Of a stretch of 60,805 bases of DNA, positions 38,416 through 48,623 are shown piece by piece (position 1 is the first letter of the stretch; each line of letters begins with the position of its first letter). The notes below the pieces were generated by a model that was given only the letters and a program-made list of their open reading frames with translations, was not told the origin of the DNA and did no database searches. This stretch comes from Erythrobacteraceae bacterium (GTDB taxonomy: Bacteria > Pseudomonadota > Alphaproteobacteria > Sphingomonadales > Sphingomonadaceae), in the NCBI GenBank assembly GCA_038130205.1, contig JAYPMZ010000001.1, positions 26,276-87,080 on the forward strand, read 5' to 3'. Position numbers and translations under genes: made by a program.

Positions 38416-38447
38416 AAAAAGGGCGCCTCCTTGCGGAAGCGCCCCTT
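38416..38447 (-). terminator. Rho-independent terminator (TBDR side, possibly bidirectional)
   Basis: gggcgcctcc-ttgc-ggaagcgccc stem, GCAA loop and U tract on the minus strand. Confidence 0.8.
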
Positions 38448-38472
38448 CTCTTATTCTTGGTTTATCCGGTCC

Positions 38473-40788
38473 TTAGAACTCGAACACGGCTTCAACGCCG
38501 AGCTGACGACCCTTCGACAGCGGCGAGAACGTGCCTGCTGCCGGATAGGCGTCAAACGGACGGTTCACGCCATTCGACAGCGGGCCGCCGAACGGAACCT
38601 GAGTGTCGCCCCCAACCTGCACTTCGTCGAACAGGTTCTTACCGTAGACCGAGAAGGACAGACCATCGGTCGGGGTGTTCCAGGTGATGTTCGCCTCAAG
38701 GTTCGAGACGTCCTGGACCCAACCGAAGTTGTTGTCGGTGTAGGCGAACTCGTCACGGTACTGGTAGTTCACACGGGTCAGGATTTCACTGTCGCCGAGC
38801 AGCAGCTCGTGAATGAAGCCCATGCCCCAGGTCACTTCCGGCACACGCGGCAGACGCAGGTCGAGGTCGGTCTGGTCGATAACGCCGTCGCCCGAAATGT
38901 CGAACAAGATCTCATCATAGCTGTCATCGATGATGCCGATATTGGCAGTGATGATCAGCGAAGGCGAGACACGCATGCGCGCTTCGGCTTCGGCACCCAT
39001 GATCGATGCGTCGGCAGTGTTGAAGATCGACTGGGCCACGCCCGATGCTGCCGAGGACTGGTTGACCTCGCGCTGCATGTTCTTGATCTCGGTGCGATAA
39101 ACCGCGGCATTCAGAGTGAAGGCGCCATCGGCAGTCTGGAACTTGCCGCCGATTTCGTAGTTGTCGACCTTCTCTTCGCCGAAGGAGAACGAACCACCCG
39201 GAGCCAGCGCAATCGCTTCGAAGGCGTTCGCGTTGGTGATACGGAAGTTGTAGCCGCCCGAACGATAGCCGCGGGTCCAGTGCGCATAGATCTGGCTGTC
39301 GCCAAATTCAAACTGCGCGCCGAGCTTCGGCGACCAGTTGGAGAAACGGACGCGATCGGTGAAACCGTTGTTTTCCGTGGGGATGAACGGGTTGGTTCCG
39401 GTGGTCGGGCAAGTGCCATCGACAACCGAGCACTCCGGACGCGGACGGATATAGGTAATCGCCGCTTCCTTCGTTTCCTGGCTCCAGCGAATGCCGGCGA
39501 TCAGAGAGAACGAGTCGGTCAGGAAGAACTGGCCGTTCGCGAAAGCGCCAAGCACTTCGTGGTCCTGGTCGCCGCCACCGTAGAAAGTCAGCGGGGTCGA
39601 GGGCGGAATGTCGCGCACTTCGGTGTAGGACAGGTTCTGATCGAAATAGAACCCGCCGACAGTGAGGTCGAAATTGGCGGTCGAAACTGCATAGCGCAGT
39701 TCGTTCGAGATCTGGTTCTGCTCCGATTCCGTGCTCGAGTGGAACAGGAACAGCGAGGTGGCATCGATGTCCGCATCGGTCAGCGAGCTGTAGTCGCGAT
39801 AGCCGAAGATGTTGGTCAGCGTGCCCGGGCCGATGTCGGCCTCTGCGGTCAGCGAGCCGGTCCAGATTTCGGTCGAGTACGAACCGCGATTGTCGATGGC
39901 GAGATCGAAGGTGTCGCGCTCGAAAATACCGCGGTTCTGGCCAGCCGGACCATCGCCATCGCTATCGAAATAGTCGAGCTTGCCGGTCAGGGTCAGCCCG
40001 CCGAGGCGCGCTTCGAGACCGCCGCGCAGGATCACGGTTTCAGCCGCGCCCTGGTTCGAACCGTCGAACTGATTGGTGAAGTAGCCTTCATCCTTGTTGT
40101 AGTAACCGCCGAGCTTGAACAGCAGCACGTCTTCGACAAGCGGGCCGGAGATCAGGCCGCTCGCCGTGTAGTTGGCGCCGCCACGCCCGCCATCGACGGG
40201 ACCGTCGACGGCAGCACGGAACTTGCCGCGGAAATCTTCGCTCGGGTTGGTCGAGTTGAGAAGAACCGCACCGCCGGTCACGTTGCGACCGAACAGAACG
40301 CCCTGCGGGCCGCGAAGGATTTCGACGCTTTCCAGGTCGAACAGGTCGAACACGACACCGCCGTTGATACCGAGGTAAACACCGTCAACGAACACACCAA
40401 CGGTCGGATCGATCGAGGGGATCGACGAGTTGATGCCAAGTCCGCGGATAGAGAAGTTGGCCGAACCGCGGCTCGTGCCGATCTGGTCGAGCGAAACGTT
40501 CGGGGCCGAGAAGGTCAGGCTCTGCACGTCGCGAACCTTGAGCGCTTCGAGAGTGTCGGCGTTGAATGCGGTCACAGCGAGCGGAACGTCCTGAACATTT
40601 TCAGGGTTCTGCGTCTTCGTGCCGGTGACGACGATGTTGCCGATCGTGTCGAGCGTGTTCTGGCGTGCCTGCGGTGCCGCTGCCTCGCCGTTGTCTTCTT
40701 CGGTGTCCTGAGCAAGCGCGGCCTGCGGGATAAGTGCCATTCCGGCACCAAGAAGGGCCATCGCACGAAGCGAAGTATAAGTTTTCAT
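38473..40788 (-). CDS. TonB-dependent receptor
   Basis: Signal peptide, IVVTGTK TonB box, VEILRGPQGVLFGRN plug motif, C-terminal F; start ATG 40788. Confidence 0.95.
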   Translation of the reverse strand: MKTYTSLRAMALLGAGMALIPQAALAQDTEEDNGEAAAPQARQNTLDTIGNIVVTGTKTQNPENVQDVPLAVTAFNADTLEALKVRDVQSLTFSAPNVSLDQIGTSRGSANFSIRGLGINSSIPSIDPTVGVFVDGVYLGINGGVVFDLFDLESVEILRGPQGVLFGRNVTGGAVLLNSTNPSEDFRGKFRAAVDGPVDGGRGGANYTASGLISGPLVEDVLLFKLGGYYNKDEGYFTNQFDGSNQGAAETVILRGGLEARLGGLTLTGKLDYFDSDGDGPAGQNRGIFERDTFDLAIDNRGSYSTEIWTGSLTAEADIGPGTLTNIFGYRDYSSLTDADIDATSLFLFHSSTESEQNQISNELRYAVSTANFDLTVGGFYFDQNLSYTEVRDIPPSTPLTFYGGGDQDHEVLGAFANGQFFLTDSFSLIAGIRWSQETKEAAITYIRPRPECSVVDGTCPTTGTNPFIPTENNGFTDRVRFSNWSPKLGAQFEFGDSQIYAHWTRGYRSGGYNFRITNANAFEAIALAPGGSFSFGEEKVDNYEIGGKFQTADGAFTLNAAVYRTEIKNMQREVNQSSAASGVAQSIFNTADASIMGAEAEARMRVSPSLIITANIGIIDDSYDEILFDISGDGVIDQTDLDLRLPRVPEVTWGMGFIHELLLGDSEILTRVNYQYRDEFAYTDNNFGWVQDVSNLEANITWNTPTDGLSFSVYGKNLFDEVQVGGDTQVPFGGPLSNGVNRPFDAYPAAGTFSPLSKGRQLGVEAVFEF

Positions 40789-40916
40789 GGGTTCTCTCTC
40801 CATTTTGGGGGTATTTTGATGGTCAGGTTCTTATTTTTGCGGCTCATCTATCGCGAAATCTACGCGACGCAAGCCCGCAATCGCCTGCTGGCAAACTCTT
40901 TGCAAAAGTGTTGCAT

Positions 40917-43691
40917 TCAAACGTCTTCCAGCTCCTGCTGGCGCTCGTCACTGGCAGCGCCGAGCAGTGCAGCCTCGATCTCCGCAAGGCGATCGGGGGT
41001 GGTCACTTTCGAGCCTGTCAGGTCGGTGACGTAGAAAGTGTCAGCCACGCTTTCACCATAGGCGGTGACATGAGCCGACTGGACGATCAGGTTGGCCTTG
41101 AACAGAGCATGGGCAAGCCGGTTGAGCAGCGCCGGACGGTCGCGTGCCGTCACTTCGATGACGGTAAAATGGTTCGAGGCGCCATTGTCGAAATTGACCC
41201 GCGGGGCGACCGCAAAGGCCTTGGCGCGGGAATGGGCGAGTGGCCTTGCCGCGAGCTTGGGCACCAGTTCGACCTGCGCCAGCAGCGCGTCGCGGATGCC
41301 TTGCTTCAGCCGCGCAATCTGGTTGTCTTCGCGGAAGGGTTTTCCGTGCAGGTCCTGCACCAGAAAATTGTCGATCGCATAGCCGTTCTTCGCGGTGTGG
41401 ATGCGCGCATCGATGATGTTAGCCCCGGCGAGGTGAATCCCGCCGACCGTGCGGTAGAACAGGCCGGGATGGTCGGCCGCGATCACGCTGACCAATGTCG
41501 CCCCGCGTTCCTCGTCCACCTCGCAATGGATCGACAGGTGATCCTCGATCCGCCGCGCTTCTTCGTATTGGATGAGGTTCTTGGCGATAATGTCTTCGGG
41601 TTCGGCGATCCAATAGGCATCGGCAAGCATCGCCCCGATCTGTTCGAGCAGATAGGCCTTTTCGCCGAGGATCTCGCCTGCCGCAGCCTTGCGTGCGGCG
41701 ACCCGCTCGTTGCGCCTGGTGCGCTTGTGGCCGAGCCGCAAGCGCTCTTGCGCGGCATCGAACAATTCGCCCAGCAGCTGGCCCTTCCAGCTGTTCCACG
41801 TCCCCGGTCCCACCGCGCGGATATCGACAGCGGTCAGGATCGCGAGATTGCGCAGGCGGTCGACCGATTTCACCTCGGCGACGAAATCCTCGATCGTCTT
41901 GGGATCGGTTAGGTCGCGTTTCTGCGCGGTGGAGCTCATCAGCAGATGTTGCAGCACCAGCCATGAAACCAGCTCGGTTTCCTTTTCATCCAGGCCGAAG
42001 CGCGGGCACAATGTCTCTGCCACCTGCGCGCCGAGCACCGAATGGTCCCCGCCGCGGCCCTTGGCGATATCGTGGAGCAGCACCGCGACATAGATCGCGC
42101 GGCGCGAGGCGAGCTTGTGGATCAGCTCGGTCGCGCGTGGATGGTCTGCCTTCAGCAGCCCTCGTTCGATCTGGCTGAGCAGGCCGATGGCACGAATGGT
42201 GTGCTCATCGACCGTGTAGTGGTGATACATATCAAACTGCATCTGCGCGTTGACCCGCCCGAAGTCAGGCACGAACCGGCCGAACACGCCAGCCTCGTTC
42301 ATCCAGCGCAGCACGGTTTCGGGGTCTTTGCGCCCGCCGAGCAGGTCGAGGAACAGGGCATTGGCGCGCTTGTCCTCGCGCACACGTTTGTCGATCAGCT
42401 TTGAATCGCGGTCGGCCTGACGCATGGTTTCGGGGTGCACTTCCAGCCCCTCGGCCTCGGCCAGCTGGAAGATTTCGATCAGCCGCACCGGGTCTTCGGC
42501 GAACCAGTTGTCGCTCGGTGCCTTGATGCGGCCCCCCTCAACGACATAGCCCTTGAGCTTGCGCGAGCGGGCGGACCAGCCAGCGAAGAAGCCGCTGCGC
42601 AGCCGCTTGCGCGAATTTTCTTCTTCCAAGTGGGCGAGGAATACGCCGGTCAACGTGCCGACGCGTTTTGCCTGCAGGAAATAGTACTGCATGAACCGCT
42701 CGACCGCGCTTTTGCCGGGGCGATCGGCGAAAGCCATGCGGGCTGCGACCTGACGCTGGAGATCGAAGGTCAGCCGGTCCTCGGCGCGGCCGGTGAGGAC
42801 GTGCATGTGGCTGCGCACCGCCAGCAGGAACCCTTCGGCGCGGCGGAAGCTGCGGTATTCGCTCTGCGTGAATAGACCGACATTGACCAGCTCTGCGGCG
42901 CTCTGGACGCGGTGCATATATTTGCCGATCCAGTAGAGCGTCTGGAGATCGCGCAGTCCTCCCTTGCCCTCTTTGACATTGGGTTCGACCACATAGCGGC
43001 TGTCGCCCATGCGTTTGTGCCGGGCGTTGCGTTCTTCGAGCTTCTCGCTGAGGAACTGGCGCTCGGTCCCTTTTGCGACATCATTCCAGAAACGCTGACG
43101 CAGTTCCTCGTAAACGTCCTGATCGCCCCAGATCAGCCGCGCTTCGAGCAGGGCGGTGCGGATCGTGAGATCCTCTTTCGCCATACGCATGGTGTCGGCG
43201 ATGGTACGGCTCGAATGGCCGACCTTGAGGCCCAGATCCCAAAGTAGATAGAGCATCGCCTCGATCACCTGCTCGCACCAGGGCGAGCGCTTCATCGGCG
43301 TGATGAAGGCGATATCGACGTCCGATTGCGGGGCCATTTCGGCGCGCCCGTATCCGCCCACTGCAAGCACCGCGAGCCGTTCGGCAGTGGAGCGGTTGGC
43401 GACCGGATAGACATGCTCGATCACGTAATCGTGGATCACCCGGATCAGTTGATCGGTAAGAAAGGCGTAGCCCAGAGTGATTTCGTGCCCGGCGGAGGGT
43501 TTCTCCGCTAGCCTGCCCTCAAGTTCCTTGCGACCCGCTTCGAGTGCGTCTTGCAGGGTTTTGAGGATCTTTGGGCGTGCCTTGGCGCCGTGCTCTTCGG
43601 CAAGCGCCGAGATTTCTCCCGTCAGCGCCCGCCGGTTGATGATCGCACGCTGACGGGGAACGCGGCGGCTGGTTTGGGTCCAGTCGGTCAT
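40917..43691 (-). CDS. glnD: [Protein-PII] uridylyltransferase
   Basis: AVGGYGR..MAPQSDVD, KGGLRD, HHYTVDEH, LLHDIAKG, two ACT domains. Confidence 0.97.
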   Translation of the reverse strand: MTDWTQTSRRVPRQRAIINRRALTGEISALAEEHGAKARPKILKTLQDALEAGRKELEGRLAEKPSAGHEITLGYAFLTDQLIRVIHDYVIEHVYPVANRSTAERLAVLAVGGYGRAEMAPQSDVDIAFITPMKRSPWCEQVIEAMLYLLWDLGLKVGHSSRTIADTMRMAKEDLTIRTALLEARLIWGDQDVYEELRQRFWNDVAKGTERQFLSEKLEERNARHKRMGDSRYVVEPNVKEGKGGLRDLQTLYWIGKYMHRVQSAAELVNVGLFTQSEYRSFRRAEGFLLAVRSHMHVLTGRAEDRLTFDLQRQVAARMAFADRPGKSAVERFMQYYFLQAKRVGTLTGVFLAHLEEENSRKRLRSGFFAGWSARSRKLKGYVVEGGRIKAPSDNWFAEDPVRLIEIFQLAEAEGLEVHPETMRQADRDSKLIDKRVREDKRANALFLDLLGGRKDPETVLRWMNEAGVFGRFVPDFGRVNAQMQFDMYHHYTVDEHTIRAIGLLSQIERGLLKADHPRATELIHKLASRRAIYVAVLLHDIAKGRGGDHSVLGAQVAETLCPRFGLDEKETELVSWLVLQHLLMSSTAQKRDLTDPKTIEDFVAEVKSVDRLRNLAILTAVDIRAVGPGTWNSWKGQLLGELFDAAQERLRLGHKRTRRNERVAARKAAAGEILGEKAYLLEQIGAMLADAYWIAEPEDIIAKNLIQYEEARRIEDHLSIHCEVDEERGATLVSVIAADHPGLFYRTVGGIHLAGANIIDARIHTAKNGYAIDNFLVQDLHGKPFREDNQIARLKQGIRDALLAQVELVPKLAARPLAHSRAKAFAVAPRVNFDNGASNHFTVIEVTARDRPALLNRLAHALFKANLIVQSAHVTAYGESVADTFYVTDLTGSKVTTPDRLAEIEAALLGAASDERQQELEDV

Positions 43692-43728
43692 GCGTTCCCC
43701 TTTGCGTTTATCAAGGCGTGAGCGCGTC

Positions 43729-45447
43729 TCAGGCTGCGGCCATCAGTTCGGTATAGGCAGCGCGCAGGCTCTTCTTGTCGATCTTCTGTGTGCCCAGACG
43801 CGGAAGAGCGTCCTCGGTCACCCAGATATGCTCTTCAAGCGGAACCTTGAAGGGCGCGATCTTCGTCAAAAGGAACGCGCGCAGGTCGCCTGCGCTGACC
43901 GCAGAGTGGCCCGGCTTGACGCGGAATACCGCTGCGGGAACTTCGCCCATGCGTTCATCGGGCAGGCCGAAGACCGAACATTCGGAGATGTCGTCATGCG
44001 CGTAGATGGCGTCTTCCACCTCGATGCAGGTGATGTTTTCGCCGCCGCGGATGATGATGTCCTTCTTGCGGTCGACGATATAGAGATAACCGTCTTCGTC
44101 GAGATAGCCGAGGTCGCCGGTGCGGAAGTAGCGGTCATCGGTGAAGGCGGCCTTGGTGGCTTCTTCATTTTTCCAATAGCCGCGGAAGTTGCACACGGTG
44201 CGGATCGACACTTCTCCGATCTCCCCCTGCTCCACCGGCTTGCCGTCGTCATCCAGAATGGCGAGATCGACCAGCGGCAGTGAGGCGCGCCCAGTCGAAC
44301 CGGGCTTGGCGAGGTAGTTCTCGTTGAAATTGCCGCAGCCGACCGCATTGGTTTCGGTGAGACCATAGCCGAGCAGCGGGAAGCCGCCGGGAAAAGCCTT
44401 CTTGATCTTGTCGACATGCTCGACCGGACGCGGCGCGCCGCCAGCGGCAAAGCTCTTGCACGAAGACAGGTCGTATTTCTCGCGCTCGGGGTGAGAGGCC
44501 ATCTCGTAACTCATCAGCGGCACACCGACGAAATAGGTGACCTTCTCGTCCTGGATCAGCCGCAGAGCCTCGGTCGCGTCCCATTTGGGCATCAGCACCA
44601 GCTTGCGTGCAATGGCGAAGCTTTGCAGGAACAGCGGGATTTCGCCGGTGACGTGGAACAGCGGCACAGCCACGAGCGCGCACGGCTGGGCCGAAACATC
44701 CTCGCCCTGACCTTCGAGCAGCAGCTTGGCCATCGCGCTTTGCGCGACATAGTTCATGACACCCGACACGACGCCGAGATGATCGGAATAGGCACCCTTT
44801 GACTGGCCGGTCGATCCCGAGGTGTAGAGAATGGTCGCAAGGTCATCGGCACCGAGCGAGCCGAGCATCGCCATCGCGACCGATGCCTCGAAACTTTCAG
44901 GCGCCTTCCACACGCTGGCCAGCCCCTTGGCAGGCACGTTGTGGTCGATCATCACGACCTGTGCGCCGTGCTCTGTCCCTTCAAGGCGGGCGGCGCGACC
45001 GGCATCGGCGAGCACCAGCTTGCACTCCGCAAGACGGATGCCATAGGCCAGTTCGTCACCGTTCCAGAACCCGTTGAGCAGCGTCGCGCAGCCGCCTGCC
45101 ATGGTGATACCCATGTAAGCGATCATCCAGTTGGCCGAATTGCGCGCGGCGATCCCCACGCGGTCGCCCTTCTCGATGCCTTGCTTGTGCACCAGCCCTT
45201 CGGCAACGCACACCGCGGCGGCGTAGGTGTCGCCAAAGGTCAGCCGCAGCTCGCCATCGACGAGGAACGGCACGTCCTTGTTCTCGTTGCAGAAGTGGGC
45301 AAAAAAATGCGCCAGCGTCGGCGGTGCGCCGGTGAAAGCCGGCATTTCCACTCCGTCGCGCGTCATCGGCGTCGTGTGGAACGGCTGACCTTCCTTCATC
45401 AGCTCGGTAATGATCGCATCCAGCGCATTATCCAACTGGGTGGGCAT
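43729..45447 (-). CDS. Acyl-CoA synthetase (AMP-binding family)
   Basis: YTSGSTGQSKG, GYGLTE, RTGDLG, DRKKDIIIRGGEN. Confidence 0.93.
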   Translation of the reverse strand: MPTQLDNALDAIITELMKEGQPFHTTPMTRDGVEMPAFTGAPPTLAHFFAHFCNENKDVPFLVDGELRLTFGDTYAAAVCVAEGLVHKQGIEKGDRVGIAARNSANWMIAYMGITMAGGCATLLNGFWNGDELAYGIRLAECKLVLADAGRAARLEGTEHGAQVVMIDHNVPAKGLASVWKAPESFEASVAMAMLGSLGADDLATILYTSGSTGQSKGAYSDHLGVVSGVMNYVAQSAMAKLLLEGQGEDVSAQPCALVAVPLFHVTGEIPLFLQSFAIARKLVLMPKWDATEALRLIQDEKVTYFVGVPLMSYEMASHPEREKYDLSSCKSFAAGGAPRPVEHVDKIKKAFPGGFPLLGYGLTETNAVGCGNFNENYLAKPGSTGRASLPLVDLAILDDDGKPVEQGEIGEVSIRTVCNFRGYWKNEEATKAAFTDDRYFRTGDLGYLDEDGYLYIVDRKKDIIIRGGENITCIEVEDAIYAHDDISECSVFGLPDERMGEVPAAVFRVKPGHSAVSAGDLRAFLLTKIAPFKVPLEEHIWVTEDALPRLGTQKIDKKSLRAAYTELMAAA

Positions 45448-45649
45448 GCGTTCTCTCTCCTCTTGCCGCCCGCAGTGCGAGCGTCGTCTCTCTCAAAACC
45501 CGGCCGCGGGATGGTGCGGCCTCGCGATTGTGTGGTGACAACGCGTGAGGCTTTCCCCCAGGACCGCGCTGTGCCACAAGCCGCATCGGCGACACCCCCG
45601 CACAAGAGGGGGCCGATAGCTCGCCGGTGGTTACTAAGAGGTTCGACAC

Positions 45650-46552
45650 GTGCTGTCACTACTTGCTGCGAATGCCGCAGTCGCCGATCCGATTTACTGG
45701 GAGAACCTGGGCCTGAGCCCCTATCTCCTCAAGGTCGGCTCCTTCGAATTGCGCTATTATTCGCTCGCCTATCTGACCGGCGTGGTGTTCGCCTATTGGC
45801 ACCTGTCCAAAATGATCAAACAGCCCGGCGCGCCGATGGCGCAGCGCCATGCCGACGATCTGTTTTTCTATTGCACCCTTGGCGTCATCATCGGCGGGCG
45901 GCTGGGCTATGCGGCGTTCTACACCGGCGGCGATACAGGCATCCCGAGCGCCTTTACCGATTTTTCGGGTGACGGCTTCATGTCGTGGAAGCTGTTGCGG
46001 TTGTGGGACGGGGGAATGAGCTTCCACGGCGGCGTGCTCGGCGTACTGGCGGCGATCCTGTGGGTCGCAAAGCGCGGCGGGCTCTCTTTTCTGCGGGTGT
46101 GCGATTATGTCGCGGTCAATGTACCGATGGGCTATATGCTCGGCCGGCTCGCGAACTTCGTGAACGGCGAGCTGTGGGGCCGCGCGACCGATGTGCCATG
46201 GGGCATGGTCTTTCCGCACGGCGGCGAAGTGGTGCGCCATCCCAGCCAGCTCTATCAGGCAGGGATCGAAGGGTTTTTGCTGCTTGTCATCATGATGGTG
46301 TTGTTCTGGAATACCAAGGCGCGCTATCGCCCCGGCCTGTTGGTCGGCGTGTTCACCGTGGGTATGGGCGTCGGCCGTTTTGTTAACGAATTCTTCCGGG
46401 AGCCCGATGCACAACTGGCTGACTTTGCTGTGCGAACCGGGCTATCGATGGGTCAATGGCTGACGATACCGCTGATACTGATTGGATTGATTGTCACCGC
46501 TTACGCCGTGATGCGCAAACCCGTGGGAGCGGGGACGCAGGCACCGGCCTAG
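45650..46552 (+). CDS. lgt: Prolipoprotein diacylglyceryl transferase
   Basis: GGMSFHGG, GRLANFVNGELWGR, RHPSQLY, EFFREPD, MGQWL. Confidence 0.96.
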   Translation: MLSLLAANAAVADPIYWENLGLSPYLLKVGSFELRYYSLAYLTGVVFAYWHLSKMIKQPGAPMAQRHADDLFFYCTLGVIIGGRLGYAAFYTGGDTGIPSAFTDFSGDGFMSWKLLRLWDGGMSFHGGVLGVLAAILWVAKRGGLSFLRVCDYVAVNVPMGYMLGRLANFVNGELWGRATDVPWGMVFPHGGEVVRHPSQLYQAGIEGFLLLVIMMVLFWNTKARYRPGLLVGVFTVGMGVGRFVNEFFREPDAQLADFAVRTGLSMGQWLTIPLILIGLIVTAYAVMRKPVGAGTQAPA

Positions 46553-46584
46553 GCGCGATTACGCTCCGGACCGGGCGCTGCACC

Positions 46585-48609
46585 ATGCTGCGTCTGGTCG
46601 AGCCGGACGGCACGACAACCGAAATCCCGATCGAAACCGACGGGTCGGCGGCGAAAGAAGCTGCCCAAGCCGAAGCGCGCCTGAAAGCCGCCGAGGCCGA
46701 AGCCGCTGCTCGCGCGCTCGAAGAAGAAGAGGCACGCGCCGCCGCACAGGCTGTCGCCGAGGCGAAAGCCAAGGCAGAGGCGGAGCGCAAGGCAAAGGCG
46801 GAAGCCGAAGCGAAGGCCAAGGCCAAGGCGGAGGCTGAAGCCAAAGCCAAGGAAGAAGCCCGCCTCGCAGCCGAAGCCAAAGCGAAGCTGGAAGCTGAAG
46901 CCAAAGCGAAGCGGGAATCCGAAGAACGCGCCCGCCGCGAAGCGGAAGAGAAGGCCAAGCGCGAAGCCGAAGAGAAGGCAAAACGCGAAGCGGAAGAAAA
47001 GGCGCGACGCGAGGCCGAGGAAGAAGCCAAGCGCAAAGCCGAAGCCAAGGCCAGGCGCGAGGCGGAAGAGAAAGCCCGCCGCGAAGCTGAAGAGAAGAAG
47101 AGGATCGAAGCGGAGGCCAAGGCCGCAGCTCTCGCCAAGGCCAAAGCCGAGGCAGAGGCAAAAGCGAAGAAAGAAGCCGAAGAGAAGGCTCGCCGCGAGG
47201 CCGAAGAAAAAGCGCGGCGGGAGGCTGAAGCCAAAGCAAAGCGTGAAGCCGAAGAAAAGGCGCGGCTAGAGGCCGAACGCAAGGCCAAGGCAGAGGCCGA
47301 GAAAAAGGCCAAGGCGGAAGCCGAGCGCAAAGCCAAGAAAGAGGCCGAAGAAAAGGCCCGCCTTGCAGCCGAGGCCAAGGCCAAGAAGGAAGCCGAAGCT
47401 GCCGCAAAGGCTCAAGCTGAAGCGAAGGCCAAAGAAGAAGCCGAGGCCAAGGCCGCAGCGGAGGCTGAAGCAGCGGAACAGGCGCGCCTTGAGGCTGAAA
47501 GGGCAGCTGAAAAAGCTGCCGCAGAAGAAGCCGCGAAAAGGGCTACTGCCGATGCGCTCGCCAAGGCCGAGAACCTCGGGGCCACATTCCGCCGCCTGAT
47601 CCGCGAAACCGGCCCGATCAGCCTCGCGCATTACATGGCCGAGAGCAACGCGCGCTATTACACCAGCCGCGATCCGCTCGGCGAGGATTCAGACTTCATC
47701 ACCGCGCCCGAAGTCAGCCAGATGTTCGGCGAACTGATCGGCCTGTGGCTGACCGATCTGTGGGTGCGCATGGGTGCGCGCAAGCGGATCCATTATGTCG
47801 AACTCGGCCCCGGGCGCGGGACGCTCGCGACCGATGCGCTGCGCACCGGTCGGCGCTATGATTTCGACCCGCAAATCCACTTCGTCGAAACTTCGCCCGA
47901 ACTGCGCAAGCTCCAGCTTGAGGCCTTTCCCGATGCGACCCATCACGATGACCTTTCGACCCTGCCCGACGACGCGCCGCTGCTGATCGTTGCCAACGAG
48001 TTTTTCGACGCGCTGCCGATCCACCAGCTGATCCGTTCGGCGCAAGGTTGGCACGAGCGCATGGTAGGGCTGGAAGGGGACAACTTCGCTTTCGTCGCGG
48101 GCGATAAACCGATGGACTCCATCGTCCCGCGCAGCTGGAAGAACGCACCGCAAGGCTCGATGATCGAAACCAGCGCAGCCGCGAGCGCAGTGATGGAAGA
48201 GATCGCGACACGCCTGAGTAATCAGGGCGGCGCGGCGCTGATCATCGATTATGGTGCGTTTGAGCTACGTTCAGGCTCGACTTTGCAGGCGATCCGCAAC
48301 CACGAAAAGGTCGATGCCTTCGCCCATCCGGGGCAAGCCGACCTCACAGCGCATGTCGATTTCGAAATGCTCAAGGACGTCGCCGAAAAGAACGGCGCGG
48401 AGGTTATGGGCGTGCAGATGCAGGGCGAATGGCTACGCCAGATGGGCATCGACGTCCGCCACGAAGCGCTCCAGCGCAAGAACCCCGCCGACGGCAACAA
48501 GCTGCGGCGACAGTATAATCGTCTGGTCGATGATGGTCAGATGGGCACCTTGTTCAAAGTGCTCGGCGTGTGTGGTCGGCGCTGGCCCATCGGTGTCGGG
48601 TTCGATTGA
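46585..48609 (+). CDS. MidA/NDUFAF7-family SAM methyltransferase with ~310-aa N-terminal A/E/K/R helical repeat
   Basis: DFITAPEVSQMFGE, VELGPGRGTL, ANEFFDALP, IIDYG, ADLTAHVDF; continuous frame; start uncertain. Confidence 0.88.
   Translation: MLRLVEPDGTTTEIPIETDGSAAKEAAQAEARLKAAEAEAAARALEEEEARAAAQAVAEAKAKAEAERKAKAEAEAKAKAKAEAEAKAKEEARLAAEAKAKLEAEAKAKRESEERARREAEEKAKREAEEKAKREAEEKARREAEEEAKRKAEAKARREAEEKARREAEEKKRIEAEAKAAALAKAKAEAEAKAKKEAEEKARREAEEKARREAEAKAKREAEEKARLEAERKAKAEAEKKAKAEAERKAKKEAEEKARLAAEAKAKKEAEAAAKAQAEAKAKEEAEAKAAAEAEAAEQARLEAERAAEKAAAEEAAKRATADALAKAENLGATFRRLIRETGPISLAHYMAESNARYYTSRDPLGEDSDFITAPEVSQMFGELIGLWLTDLWVRMGARKRIHYVELGPGRGTLATDALRTGRRYDFDPQIHFVETSPELRKLQLEAFPDATHHDDLSTLPDDAPLLIVANEFFDALPIHQLIRSAQGWHERMVGLEGDNFAFVAGDKPMDSIVPRSWKNAPQGSMIETSAAASAVMEEIATRLSNQGGAALIIDYGAFELRSGSTLQAIRNHEKVDAFAHPGQADLTAHVDFEMLKDVAEKNGAEVMGVQMQGEWLRQMGIDVRHEALQRKNPADGNKLRRQYNRLVDDGQMGTLFKVLGVCGRRWPIGVGFD
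46648..47577 (+). repeat. Coding tandem repeat, about 8-aa unit (REAEEKAR/K)
   Basis: 930 nt encoding 310 residues with no Gly or Pro; synonymous codons vary between units. Confidence 0.9.
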
Positions 48610-48623
48610 GAGCGCTGTGATTG

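Noticed and set aside
38284-41034. 916-aa plus-strand ORF
   Set aside because: Antisense shadow of the TonB-dependent receptor; no motifs; such ORFs are typical of high-GC codon bias
45448-45649. Imperfect inverted repeats between the acyl-CoA synthetase and lgt
   Set aside because: Weak GC-rich pairings expected by chance; no recognisable riboswitch
46494-47407. Antisense Ser/Ala/Phe- and Leu/Arg/Pro-rich repeat ORFs
   Set aside because: Mirror images of the A/E/K/R repeat on the coding strand
46648-47577. 24-bp periodic repeat as a CRISPR array or TolA
   Set aside because: No spacers or cas genes, and it is an in-frame coding repeat; no TM anchor or tol-pal context
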